From Armatimonadota bacterium (lineage in GTDB: Bacteria; Armatimonadota; Zipacnadia; JAUWAU01), in assembly GCA_030601885.1 (NCBI GenBank), contig JAUWAU010000016.1, positions 66,817 to 130,816 on the forward strand: 64,000 nucleotides of DNA. Reading direction: 5' to 3'. The notes beneath the pieces are model-generated. The model searched no databases and was not told the DNA's origin. It worked only from the letters and a program-made list of their open reading frames with translations. A program made the position numbers and the translations under genes. The first letter of the stretch is position 1; each line of letters starts with the position of its first letter. Positions 16,233 through 25,465 of this stretch are shown in pieces.

Positions 16233-17597
16233 CTACAGTGTCCAGCCCTCGCGGTAGGTCGGCTTGACGAGCTCGTTGGCCTCGTCGCTGTTGGTGAACT
16301 CCATCTTCTCGGCATCCCAGATCAGCTTCTCGTTCTTGATGCGCATGGCGATGACGCCGAGGAGGATGATCTCGGTGAGCGGTCCGCCATACTCGAAGCT
16401 GCCGCTGGCGGGCCTGCCGCCTTTGCAGGCTCTGACCCAGTCCTGCTGGTGGCCGTCTTTGCCGCCCTCGACGCGCTCGATGGCTTTGGGCGGGGGCTCA
16501 TTGTCCTCCAGTTTGTAGTCAGGGAGGATCTTGCAGCCGCCGGCGCCGTGGGAGCCGTGCATGATGACCCCCTTGTCGCCGATGATGAAGGCGCCGTTGC
16601 CGCCGAAGCCCTTGTGCGGCGGGTGCGGCTCGGGCCGGGGCGGGAGGAGGCCGCCCTCAAACCAGGTGAGCTTGACCGGGGGCAGATCGCCCCGGGCGGG
16701 GAACTCATAGCGGATGATCGAGGCGACGGGATAGGTCTCGGCCGCGACTTCGGGCTCGAAGTGCGTGGTATTGGCCTCCACCGAAATGGGCGCGCCGAGC
16801 TTCAGGGCCCAGAATGCCGGGTCGAGCGTATGGCAGCCGTAATCACCCAGAGCGCCGGTGCCGAAGTCGAGCCAGCCGCGCCAGTACCGTGGGCAGTATG
16901 CCGGATGGTAGGGCCGGTACTGCGCCGGGCCGAGCCAGAGGTCCCAGTTGAGGGTCTCGGGCACCGGGGGCGTGTCCTCGGGCCGGCGCATGGCCACGGG
17001 GAAGGAGAAGCCTCCAGGGGGGCGATTGCTCCAGGCGTGGATCTCGCGCACCTCGCCGATGGCGCCGTTCCAGATGGCCTCGCAGCAGAGGCGGATCTCG
17101 TCCGAGGAGTGGCCTTGGTTGCCCATCTGAGTGGCGACTTTGTGTTTGCGGGCCGCTGCCATCAGCCCTCGCACTTCGTAGATCGAATGGGCCAGGGGCT
17201 TCTCGCAGTAGACACGCTTGCCGCGCTCCATGGCAGCCATGGCGGCCACGTAGTGCGTGTGGTCCGGTGTGGCGACGATGACGGCGTCGATGTCTTTGTC
17301 CATCTCGTCCAGCATGACGCGGAAGTCGCGATAGACCTTGGCCTCGGGGTGTTTGTCGATGCCCTTTTTGCCCTGCTCCAGATCGACATCGCACAGGGCG
17401 ACGATGTTCTCGTCCGCTACGCGCCTCAAGTTGGCCCAGCCGCGGCCGCCGGCGCCGATGGCGGCGATGTTGAGCTTGTTGCCGGGGGCATCTTGACCCA
17501 GCACCCGGCCGGGGACGACGGTGAGGGCAAAGGCCGCCGAGGCCGCGGCGCCCATGAAGGTCCGTCGAGGAATCGTCCGCTTAGTCTCTTCTCGCAT
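16233..17597 (-). CDS. TAT-exported Gfo/Idh/MocA family oxidoreductase
   Basis: The twin-arginine signal is PRRTFMGAAASAAF. The Rossmann motif is LNIAAIGAGGRGWANL ... VALCDVD. It forms the usual pairing with the adjacent DUF1080 gene. Confidence 0.9.
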   Translation of the reverse strand: MREETKRTIPRRTFMGAAASAAFALTVVPGRVLGQDAPGNKLNIAAIGAGGRGWANLRRVADENIVALCDVDLEQGKKGIDKHPEAKVYRDFRVMLDEMDKDIDAVIVATPDHTHYVAAMAAMERGKRVYCEKPLAHSIYEVRGLMAAARKHKVATQMGNQGHSSDEIRLCCEAIWNGAIGEVREIHAWSNRPPGGFSFPVAMRRPEDTPPVPETLNWDLWLGPAQYRPYHPAYCPRYWRGWLDFGTGALGDYGCHTLDPAFWALKLGAPISVEANTTHFEPEVAAETYPVASIIRYEFPARGDLPPVKLTWFEGGLLPPRPEPHPPHKGFGGNGAFIIGDKGVIMHGSHGAGGCKILPDYKLEDNEPPPKAIERVEGGKDGHQQDWVRACKGGRPASGSFEYGGPLTEIILLGVIAMRIKNEKLIWDAEKMEFTNSDEANELVKPTYREGWTL

Positions 17598-17679
17598 GGC
17601 CCTGCCTCCTGCTGCTTACTTGAGCGCGTCTCCGTTCGGGCCCTTTGTGGCTTTGGCGCTCAACCCGGATGGCTGCCGT

Positions 17680-19593
17680 TCATCGTGGGTTGCCCTCGCC
17701 GACGCTGCGCCACACCTCGATGCCCGAGAAGTTCGCGGCGCCGCCGGTGCTCGTGATCTCGATCGTCCCGTCCGTCACCGTCGCAATCCACGGCCCTACC
17801 CGATGCCACTCTCCCTCAACCCCGCTGTAGTGATTCCGCGCCACTACGCGCCCCTCCAGCGAGATGCTCAACGTCTCCGGGTTGTTGTCCTCCCATACAT
17901 AAGCATACACCGCATACTTCCCGACGGGCACACTCGTCAGCGTCAGGCTCGCCCGCCCGTTCCATCGGAACGAGTGAATCATCCTCGCCCGCGCCTCATC
18001 CGTCGGCGGCCTCAACTGAACCTGCGGGCTGTTGAGCGCACGATCCTTGCAGACGAAGTTGGCCGCATCGTCCCCGTCCCACTTGTTGCCGTCGATCTCG
18101 ATGGCCGGCCCGTTGAGGTTGACGCCGCGATAGAACTCCCACCTCCCGGTCTCAGCCGGCGGCCCCCCGAGCTTCGTGATCGGCGTTCGCAGGTACACTT
18201 CATCCGTCCCCGTACCCGGCGGCGCCTCCACCGGCTCCCCGCTGACGTTCACAATCGCACGACGATACGCCGTCAGCGGCGGGTTCCCATCATCGACGAC
18301 CTCCAGGATCACATGGATCGTCCTCCCCGACGCCTCCTCTGGGACCGTGACCACGGCCTCAGTCGCGTCCGCACCACGAATCGGCGCCTCGGCCCAGTAG
18401 CTGCCGGCCTCCTTGTAGACCCACCATTTGTACGAGAGCTCATCGCCATCAGGATCCGACGACCCCGCCGCACTGAGCTCGACCTCGTCCCCCGGATCGG
18501 CGGATATCTCGAGCACCTTCCGCGTCGGGTCCCCATTGCACACCGCCGCCGGGTTATGGTTGCACTCCTCGTACGGCTTCACGCACCAGTCCGCCCTGGC
18601 CGCCCAGTCGTTCTGGAACGCCACGGCCCAGCGCAGAATCGATTCGTACCTGTTGCGCTCGTCCGGCGCCGACCTCCACGTGTCGCCGGCTCGCATAAAC
18701 CTGCCGCCCCAACCTCCGTAGGTCGGATGTTCGGCGCTGCCCAGGCCCACATCGATCGTGTGCATGAATGACGGGGAATCACCCTCGGACCGGAAGCTCC
18801 CGTCGTTGCGCGCCTCGTACATGGCGCACAGCGGGCCATGGTCGTTGAGTATATTCTCGTTCATCCATTCGGCGTCGAAGTACTTCTGCACCTCCGGAGA
18901 CTGTATGTCATCCCACCTATACGCAATCGCCCCGAAGGCGTTGCTTACGATGACCAGGACGTCCGGCCATTGCTCTGCGATGTAGTTGCGATATGTCTGG
19001 TCCTGCTCCGTGATGAGGTAGAGCCTGGCTTTCTGTGACACTTCGGCCATGCGGTCGGGGTGCTTCTCCTGGATCGTCTTCAGGGCACGGGCGATGGTGT
19101 TCGCCCCGCCCCAGGCCTGGAGCCACACTGGCGATGGATCGTCATCGAGCAGGACCTCCACGATGCGATCTGAGCCCGGAGTCGGCTCCCTCATGTCTCC
19201 CTCGAGCAGGATGTTGCCGACGAAGACCTGGCTGCGCAAGTACTCCGGGGAGGGATAGCCGGGGTCATTCTGCTTCAGGTAGGGATGGACCTCGGCGTAC
19301 TGGTCGATCTGCTCGTCGAGCCAGGAAACGTCGCGCCATGTCTTGCCCGGGTGGTCCTCGTCGCCCAGCCAGTGGTGCTTGGAGCTGGAGTGGATCAGCC
19401 CCTTGATGTCCCACTCGTTCGCGTACATCAGGAACCGAATCATGGAGCAGCGGTCGTCGATCTCGCCATCGGTGGTTGCGATGGCGCGGGGCTTCTTGCC
19501 GACGGGCGTGCCATCGCTGAGAGCGCAGCCATGGGAGATGGCGATGCAGAGGCATGCCAGGACGGCGGTTGACAGGAGGTGGGATGCGGTCAT
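17680..19593 (-). CDS. DUF1593 (nucleoside-hydrolase-like) protein with Ig-like and C-terminal carbohydrate-binding-like domains
   Basis: Signal peptide present. The DUF1593 block is ATTDGEIDDRCSMIRFLMYANEWDIKGLIHSSS. There is a PKD-like segment (LSAAGSSDPDGDELSYKWWVY). The C-terminal jelly-roll-like part is (NGPAIEIDGNKW ... GTIEITSTGGAANFSGIEVW). Confidence 0.75.
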   Translation of the reverse strand: MTASHLLSTAVLACLCIAISHGCALSDGTPVGKKPRAIATTDGEIDDRCSMIRFLMYANEWDIKGLIHSSSKHHWLGDEDHPGKTWRDVSWLDEQIDQYAEVHPYLKQNDPGYPSPEYLRSQVFVGNILLEGDMREPTPGSDRIVEVLLDDDPSPVWLQAWGGANTIARALKTIQEKHPDRMAEVSQKARLYLITEQDQTYRNYIAEQWPDVLVIVSNAFGAIAYRWDDIQSPEVQKYFDAEWMNENILNDHGPLCAMYEARNDGSFRSEGDSPSFMHTIDVGLGSAEHPTYGGWGGRFMRAGDTWRSAPDERNRYESILRWAVAFQNDWAARADWCVKPYEECNHNPAAVCNGDPTRKVLEISADPGDEVELSAAGSSDPDGDELSYKWWVYKEAGSYWAEAPIRGADATEAVVTVPEEASGRTIHVILEVVDDGNPPLTAYRRAIVNVSGEPVEAPPGTGTDEVYLRTPITKLGGPPAETGRWEFYRGVNLNGPAIEIDGNKWDGDDAANFVCKDRALNSPQVQLRPPTDEARARMIHSFRWNGRASLTLTSVPVGKYAVYAYVWEDNNPETLSISLEGRVVARNHYSGVEGEWHRVGPWIATVTDGTIEITSTGGAANFSGIEVWRSVGEGNPR

Positions 19594-19687
19594 TGCTCTT
19601 ACCTTTCGTGTGCAACTGGTCGGCGGATCGCCATCATCGGTAACTAGCGCTTCGTTCGGTAAGTTCGCGTGTCAAAGGCAGCGGGCC

Positions 19688-19806
19688 AAGAATGGCCCGC
19701 CTACGCGGCTGCGGCCTTCAGTGCGCCGCTCGCGGCCCGCATCCCCGCGTAGGTCGGGCTTTCCAGCCCGACAATTCCGACGCGGACCTACGAAAGCAGG
19801 CACTAG
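19688..19806. repeat. REP-like GC-rich palindromic element (family copy A)
   Basis: Reads AATGGCCCGCCTACGCGGCTGCGGCCTTCAGTGCGCCGCTCGCGGCCCGCATCCCCGCGTAGGTCGGGCTTTCCAGCCCGACAATTCCGACGCGGACCTACGAAAGCAGGCACTAG. It has internal inverted repeats (GCCCGCCTACGCGG / CCGCGTAGGTCGGGC; GTCGGGCT / AGCCCGAC). Confidence 0.85.
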
Positions 19807-19963
19807 CAGCAGGATGTGAATCGTCTTACCGCGGGCGTCCGTCGGCATTAGACGACCGTAATATGAACGAGCAACGGGCGGATATCAACCCGCCAACATG
19901 AGAAAAACGGGCCTCCACGCGGGATGCCCGCTCTTCCATTCATCCGCTTGAGCTCGTGCGACT

Positions 19964-21073
19964 CTAGACCCACTCCCAGTCCTTGAGCCACTGGTAATCA
20001 GCCGGAAGCTTGGCGTGCATCTCGTCGGCCGCCTTTTCCAGCTTGGCTTTCTCCTCGAGATTGAGCTCGCGCCGCTCGCGCACCGCCAGAGCCACGTTGT
20101 CCACCTGGTGCGTATTGATCAGGCCGGGGATCGGCGCGGTAATGCAGTCCGTGGCCAGGATGTTGCGAATGGTGAGCCGCGCGATCTCGTCGTCCTCCTC
20201 CGCGTGAGGGTTGCCAAGTGTGCTGTCGCCCTTGAAGAGCGAGTTGTTGGCGAAGGGCTTGATACCGAAGACTCCGACGTCGTACTTCCGCACGGCCTCA
20301 AACAGGCTGTCTGTACGCCGCTCTTTGCTCTTGGCGGTGAACGGCGTCGCGACGACCTGGACGGTCCCGGGATACGTCTCGATCATCCACTTGATATGGT
20401 CTCGATCGTGGGAGGAGAGGCCGGTAAAGCGCACCTTGCCCTGCTCTCGGGACTTCTCCAGGGCATTCATCATCTCCTCGACTTCCGCCTCGGTGTGCTC
20501 GCCGCTTCGCGAGAGCATGGTAATGCGCCAGACGTCCACGTAGTCCAGCCCGGCTTCCTTCATGCCCTTATCCAGCGTGCCGAGGAGCGCGTCCGCCGTG
20601 CGGTAGTTCTCCCTCCGCATCTCCTCCTGATACCACGAGAAGCCCAGGTAGACCGAGTCGCGCCGGCCCTTGAGGGCCTTGGCGTACGTCACGACCTCCT
20701 GCCAGGTGCAGGCGTCGATGTAGTTGATGCCGTGCTCGATGCAGCGGCTGACGACCTCGTAGCGGTTCTTATTGAAGTCCGAATTGCTCAGGTCGGCGTT
20801 GAGCCATTTGCCCTTCTCCCCGAACAGGCCCGGCACGAGCGTGTCCACGCGCTTCCAGTGCCCGCCCATGCACACGGCCGAGACCATCAGCCCGGTCTGG
20901 CCCAAGCGGCGGTACTCCATATCCGGATTATAGCTGCGCGTCTTCGTCACATCAACGGCCGCACTAGCCCCAGCGCCATCGAGCTGCGTGGCTGCCGCTC
21001 CGATAGCGGCTCCCGCGGCCGCGGTCTTCAGAAAATCACGCCGGTCAATCTTCTCGCCCTTGGGATTAGACAT
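19964..21073 (-). CDS. TAT-exported aldo/keto reductase
   Basis: The twin-arginine signal is DRRDFLKTAAAGAAIGAAA. AKR N-terminal block YRRLGQTGLMVSAVCMGG. Further blocks are INYIDAC and FTGLSSHD. Confidence 0.85.
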   Translation of the reverse strand: MSNPKGEKIDRRDFLKTAAAGAAIGAAATQLDGAGASAAVDVTKTRSYNPDMEYRRLGQTGLMVSAVCMGGHWKRVDTLVPGLFGEKGKWLNADLSNSDFNKNRYEVVSRCIEHGINYIDACTWQEVVTYAKALKGRRDSVYLGFSWYQEEMRRENYRTADALLGTLDKGMKEAGLDYVDVWRITMLSRSGEHTEAEVEEMMNALEKSREQGKVRFTGLSSHDRDHIKWMIETYPGTVQVVATPFTAKSKERRTDSLFEAVRKYDVGVFGIKPFANNSLFKGDSTLGNPHAEEDDEIARLTIRNILATDCITAPIPGLINTHQVDNVALAVRERRELNLEEKAKLEKAADEMHAKLPADYQWLKDWEWV

Positions 21074-21237
21074 ACACTACTCTCCTTTCTCCAGCCTGCG
21101 AAGAGCCGCAGGGAAGCCGGCAGAGGAGCGCGCCTACTGTCATGTGCGATCGCAGTAGAGGCGACTCTGTGCGGTCGCCCCGTTCTCTCCCGTATGAATA
21201 CGGGCTTCGCCTCCGATTACTCGTCCCCGCGGCTGGA

Positions 21238-22149
21238 TCAGCCCGCTGCGACCTTTGCGTAGCACTGCTTCAGATGGTCGCGCGCCATCGCCAGATGCTC
21301 AGACATCACCTCGGGCTCCGGCTCCCCGTGCATGAACGGGTTGACGTACCCGCGATAGCCCACGCTCGCCAGCGCCGCGATCCAGGGGGTGAAGTCCGCC
21401 GCGCCCACGCCGGGGAGCTGCTCTGCCCCCTTCGCCCGCTGCCACGCGTAGAAGAATAGCAATTGTCTCCCGCAGACGTCAATAGCCTTCGCCACCGAGG
21501 CGTTGAGCGCTTGCAGATGGTACGGCGCCAGCGCGATGCCGAGCCGCGGCGAGTCGTTGATGTCAACGAAGGCCTTCAGCGAGTCGATGGTGTTGAGCAG
21601 CCGGTTCCCGTGGTTCTCAATGGCCAGATACGAATCGTACTTCTCGGCAAGCTCCACCAGGGGCTTCAAGCTCTCAATGAAGGCCCTCATGTTCGCCGTC
21701 AGTTCCTCCGGCTCGCCGGGCTTCGTGCTCCCCTGCACGGCCACTCCGCCGCCGGCTTTTCCCAGCAGCTCCGCGTACTTGGCATATCCGCCCTTGTACG
21801 TGCTGAAGGCGAACAGCTTGAGCTTGTTCTTTGCGAGCATTTCCTTGAGCCCCTCAGGGCCCAGGCGCTCCAACACATCGTCCAGGTGCGGGCACCCGGT
21901 GTGTGCTGACCAGATGTCGATGGCCTCGAAGCCGAGCCTGGCGATCTCGGCACATGCCTCTTCAATCGGGAGTTGCTTGTAGTGTATCGAGGAGGTTGAC
22001 AGGCGGAGTTGCCACTTGCCCTCCGCTGCCACCGTCTGCCCTGCTCTGATGCTCTGCGCGGCGATGCCGGCGCCGCCGGCGGCCATCGAGATGAACTGCC
22101 GTCGGCTGAGCTTCCCACATCGCCGGGGACCTTTTTCTGCCCATCGCAT
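21238..22149 (-). CDS. TAT-exported sugar phosphate isomerase/epimerase (TIM barrel)
   Basis: The twin-arginine signal is SRRQFISMAAGGAGIAA. Family blocks are LGFEAIDIW, YLAIENHGN and LGIALAPYH. The start is uncertain: ATG at 22149 or GTG at 22173. Confidence 0.75.
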   Translation of the reverse strand: MRWAEKGPRRCGKLSRRQFISMAAGGAGIAAQSIRAGQTVAAEGKWQLRLSTSSIHYKQLPIEEACAEIARLGFEAIDIWSAHTGCPHLDDVLERLGPEGLKEMLAKNKLKLFAFSTYKGGYAKYAELLGKAGGGVAVQGSTKPGEPEELTANMRAFIESLKPLVELAEKYDSYLAIENHGNRLLNTIDSLKAFVDINDSPRLGIALAPYHLQALNASVAKAIDVCGRQLLFFYAWQRAKGAEQLPGVGAADFTPWIAALASVGYRGYVNPFMHGEPEPEVMSEHLAMARDHLKQCYAKVAAG

Positions 22150-22224
22150 GGTGCTCGAGCCTCGCGCCGTCACTCAACAGCCGTGGCGCCCCTTCCGCCT
22201 CGGCCAGTGCTTCCCTCCCTCAGT

Positions 22225-23067
22225 TCAGGCTTCGGCGAGCACCTGCTTCAGATACGCGATACTGCGCTCCGCCTGCTCTTCGGTGCCACATTCCACGGAG
22301 AGCACGCCGTCGAACCCCGCTTCCCTCAGCACCCGGATCACCGCGGGCCAGTCGATCACGCCATCGCCGCAGGCACAGCCGACCGGCGTGCCTGTGACCT
22401 TACCGCGCTCGGCTTCCTCCTGCTCGATGGAGATATCTTTGGCGTGGAAATGGACGACCCGGTCGGCAACGGCCTGCAGGTACTCGACGGGATCGTTCCC
22501 TGCCAGGAAAGCATTGCCGGCGTCGAAGTTGGCCTTCAGCATGGGCGAGGGGACCAGGTCGAGCAGCCGCAGATAGGTGTCCAGCTTCGTCGTGTAGATT
22601 TGATGCGGTTCGAGGCCGATGTAGACGCCGTGCCGCTCCGCCACGGGCAGCACCCGCTTGAGGGTATAGCGCATGATGTCGAAGGCTTCTTCATCGTTCT
22701 CGATCCAGGGCCCGCGCGGGCCTTCATCGGTGTTGACGACGGGAGCGCCGATGTCAGCGGCCCAGCGAATGGCCTGGGTCAAGTAGGGCACAGCTACCTC
22801 CGGCTTCATCAGCGGCGAGTGCGCCGACAGGCCCGACACCTTCAAGCCGCACTCGTGCAACAGCTCTTTGTAGGCCAGAGGGTCGTCCTCCATGCTCAGC
22901 ATGTGGTAGTACCCGGCTTCGGCCAACAGGTCGCGGCCCGTGGACACACAAGGTTCGACGTACTCGTAGCCCAATTCGGCGGCTCTCCGAGCGCCGTACT
23001 CGAAGTCCTTGTCCGCGTGGCGCACGTAGTCCAGATTGATGCCGATCCCGATCGCCATGACTCGCAC
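22225..23067 (-). CDS. Sugar phosphate isomerase/epimerase (xylose isomerase-like TIM barrel)
   Basis: 280 aa with blocks LGYEYVEP, VYIGLEPH, FDAGNAF, HFHAKD and GFDGVLSVE. Confidence 0.8.
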   Translation of the reverse strand: MRVMAIGIGINLDYVRHADKDFEYGARRAAELGYEYVEPCVSTGRDLLAEAGYYHMLSMEDDPLAYKELLHECGLKVSGLSAHSPLMKPEVAVPYLTQAIRWAADIGAPVVNTDEGPRGPWIENDEEAFDIMRYTLKRVLPVAERHGVYIGLEPHQIYTTKLDTYLRLLDLVPSPMLKANFDAGNAFLAGNDPVEYLQAVADRVVHFHAKDISIEQEEAERGKVTGTPVGCACGDGVIDWPAVIRVLREAGFDGVLSVECGTEEQAERSIAYLKQVLAEA

Positions 23068-23082
23068 CTCCGTACGTTCGGC

Positions 23083-23276
23083 GCGAATGGCCCGCCTACG
23101 CGGCTGCGGCCTTCAGTGCGCCGCTCGCGGCCCGCATCCCCGCGTAGGTCGGGCTTCCGCCTTCGCGAGAGGGACGAAGCTTCCGCCTTCGCGGAGGACG
23201 TAGCTTCAGCGGAGTCATCGGCGGAGTCCCTTCCAGCCCGACAATTCCGACGCGGACCTACGGAAGCAGGCACTAG
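23083..23276. repeat. REP-like element (family copy B = copy A plus a 75-bp internal module)
   Basis: The first ~85 bp and last ~45 bp match 19688..19806 almost base for base. A 75-bp block, CCGCCTTCGCGAGAGGGACGAAGCTTCCGCCTTCGCGGAGGACGTAGCTTCAGCGGAGTCATCGGCGGAGTCCCT, is inserted between GTCGGGCTT and TCCAGCCCGAC. Its last bases, CTAG, supply the stop codon of the cytochrome gene. Confidence 0.85.
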
Positions 23277-23737
23277 TGGGGCTTCTTCAGCCGCAGGCGC
23301 CTCTTCGCTTTCTTAGCTCTTTTGCCCGCCAGGATGTCGTGCGCCCCGTGGCATTGGCCGCAGTTCGGCGCCAGCCCGACGGCATCGGCCTTCCTCAACT
23401 GCTCCTTGTGGCACTCACCGCACAGGCTGGGGGCCGCTTCCTTTGTGAAAAGCCGGTCCGGCTTGACTTCGTTGTGCTCGTCCGTGACATGGCCCCGGCT
23501 CTCGCCATGGCAGGAAGCACAGGTCAGCCCAGCCGGGCCGTGCGCCCCAATGGCGAGCTGTTCCTGTAGATCCACGTGGCACATGGTGCACTTGGAGAAC
23601 ACCATCGCGACCGGCTGAGGCTCCGGCGCCTGTGCCTTCTCGTGGTCACAGCCGCCCCCGCCGCGGGCGCCAAGCAGGATCAGCACTATAATGCGAGCGA
23701 TGCGCCGAAGGGTCACGCCAGCCATCGCTTGGCCCAC
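23273..23737 (-). CDS. Membrane-anchored tetraheme cytochrome c
   Basis: Four CxxCH motifs are present (CTMCH, CASCH, CGECH, CGQCH). There is an N-terminal hydrophobic segment (IARIIVLILLGA). It overlaps the stop of the upstream AKR gene. Motif spacing matches that of 10693..11232. The start is GTG at 23737 or ATG at 23725. Confidence 0.85.
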   Translation of the reverse strand: MGQAMAGVTLRRIARIIVLILLGARGGGGCDHEKAQAPEPQPVAMVFSKCTMCHVDLQEQLAIGAHGPAGLTCASCHGESRGHVTDEHNEVKPDRLFTKEAAPSLCGECHKEQLRKADAVGLAPNCGQCHGAHDILAGKRAKKAKRRLRLKKPH

Positions 23738-24834
23738 TGGTACTCGGCCGTCAGCAGCCTGGGCACGTCGCGGCAGTAGCGATCGAGCGTTCGCAGCTCA
23801 GCTTGTGTCGGCGCTCCTTGCTTGACGACGGCGACGTTCTGCTCGACGTGCTCGAGTGTGTCCATGCCCGGGATAGTGACAGTTATGTAGGGGTTCGCCA
23901 GCACGAAGCGCAGGGCGAAGGCGGCAACCGTCTCCACCTCCCGCTTGTTGGCCTCGTAGCGCTTCTGGAACGCCTCTGTCCTGAACATGGCTGCTTTCAT
24001 GAAAGGCTTGATGGTCACAATGCCTCTGTCCCGGTTCTGGCATAGCTCGAAGAGAGTGCCCTCGCCTTTGGCCCCGGGATAGAGCCGGTCGGCGGCGCCG
24101 CTGAAGACGTAGTTGTAGGGCAGGTAGATGACGTCCACCTGCGGCTCCTCTCTGACCGCTTTGGCCTGGAAGGCCGGATGGTGGGTGGAGAGGCCCATGA
24201 AGCGGCATTTGCCCTCGTCGCGGAGCTTCTCGAACTCCTCGGCGAACCAGTGCACGTTGTGGAACTCCTCCATCGGCCATCCGAGCGGCATGGGGCCCTG
24301 CGGCACCGGCTCAGCGTTCGGATTCCCCTCCGGCGGCGTCATGCGGTAGACGTCTACGCAGTCTGTGCGCAGCATCTCCAGGCCCCGCTCCAGATGCTCG
24401 CGCACTACCCGCTTGTACTCAGCCTCCGGGCTCTGGCGCAGCTCGGGACGTCGAGCCTTCAGGAAATCGCGCACAATGTACGCCCGGTCGCGCCCCTTGC
24501 AGGCCTCCATGGCGATGCCCAGTTCCTTCGCCTCGCCGTCGCTGGTCGTGTCGAAGTAGTTGATGCCGAGACCCAGCGCCTTGGCGACTACGCGGTTGCG
24601 CACTTCCTGGTCGCCACCGCGATGATGCCCGCCCAGCCCAACATGGGAGCACCACAGCCCGGTCCGTCCGAGCCTTCGGTACGCCATGACCTCGTTGTAG
24701 TTCAGGATATCCTTGGGATTCATCTCCGCCGCCTCGGCAGCCGCACGTGCGAACAGGCCTGCTCCCACGGCAGCGGCCGGCAGCCGCTTCAGGAATCCAC
24801 GACGCCCCATTCCTCGCTCCGTCGGCTCGGACAT
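23713..24834 (-). CDS. TAT-exported aldo/keto reductase
   Basis: The ATG at 24834 is preceded by AAGGAGG. The twin-arginine signal is GRRGFLKRLPAAAVGAG. AKR N-terminal block is YRRLGRTGLWCSHVGLGG. The longer track ORF start at 24981 has no support. Confidence 0.85.
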   Translation of the reverse strand: MSEPTERGMGRRGFLKRLPAAAVGAGLFARAAAEAAEMNPKDILNYNEVMAYRRLGRTGLWCSHVGLGGHHRGGDQEVRNRVVAKALGLGINYFDTTSDGEAKELGIAMEACKGRDRAYIVRDFLKARRPELRQSPEAEYKRVVREHLERGLEMLRTDCVDVYRMTPPEGNPNAEPVPQGPMPLGWPMEEFHNVHWFAEEFEKLRDEGKCRFMGLSTHHPAFQAKAVREEPQVDVIYLPYNYVFSGAADRLYPGAKGEGTLFELCQNRDRGIVTIKPFMKAAMFRTEAFQKRYEANKREVETVAAFALRFVLANPYITVTIPGMDTLEHVEQNVAVVKQGAPTQAELRTLDRYCRDVPRLLTAEYQWAKRWLA

Positions 24835-25080
24835 GACAGCTTCCTCCTTACACGAGGTCTCGAGAGTCCGGACTGACAAATGGCGCCCTTGCGCCACCGG
24901 CAGCTTCGACATCTGTGCTCTACATCCTCCGAATACCGCGAATGGACCCGACAGGCGCGGCCGGGGCGTTTGCCAGTTCAAGGTGATCTCTTTACGTTTT
25001 CACACTGGCCCATTTCGCAGTTGCCGTACGACAACGACTCGTGGCGCTGCGGGAGGCACCTGCGCGAGCCATCGCATACC

Positions 25081-25455
25081 TCGCTCTTCGCGGACTTCGC
25101 CGAGACCTTTCTCGACTACGCTGGGGTGCCCATCCCGAAGGCGATGCGAGGCCGAAGTTTCCGTCCGCTTCTACAGGGCAAGACGCCAGCGGATTGGCGC
25201 AAGTCGTCGTTCTATGCCTACTGGGGCCGCCGAACCAAGCACTACGGAGTCCGAACCGAGAGATATAAGCTGGTGATTTGCCATACCGGTGAGCGCGAAC
25301 TGTATGACCTGAAGACAGATCCACAAGAGCGCAGGAGCGAGATCGGTAACCCCGAGTATGCCGCCGTGGTGAAAGAGTTTGAGGCGGAGCTGAAGAAAGT
25401 GATGGAGGAGATAAGAATCTCACAGGATGTTCTGCCCGGAAACCGAGGAGGATAG
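25081..25455 (+). pseudogene. 3' remnant of a sulfatase gene
   Basis: Only the C-terminal sulfatase region is present (FAETFLDYAGVPIPKAMRGRSFRPLLQG ... HYGVRTERYKLV ... ELYDLKTDPQE). There is no N-terminal catalytic CxPxR part. Upstream codons of the track ORF look non-coding. Confidence 0.65.
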
Positions 25456-25465
25456 GACCAAGACC

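Noticed and set aside
13879-21262. Long plus-strand ORFs (13879..15069, 16110..17756, 17521..18771, 20015..21262), and further ones at 22009..23316, 50029..51291, 51531..52616 and 56138..57010
   Set aside because: Each mirrors a minus-strand gene that has clear family motifs (sulfatase, Gfo/Idh/MocA, DUF1593, AKR, TIM barrel, URO-D, membrane protein). They are shadow ORFs.
24880-25080. First ~67 codons of ORF 24880..25455
   Set aside because: Sulfatase similarity begins only at about 25081. The upstream part overlaps the AKR promoter and 5' region and looks non-coding. The locus is treated as a 3' remnant rather than an intact gene.
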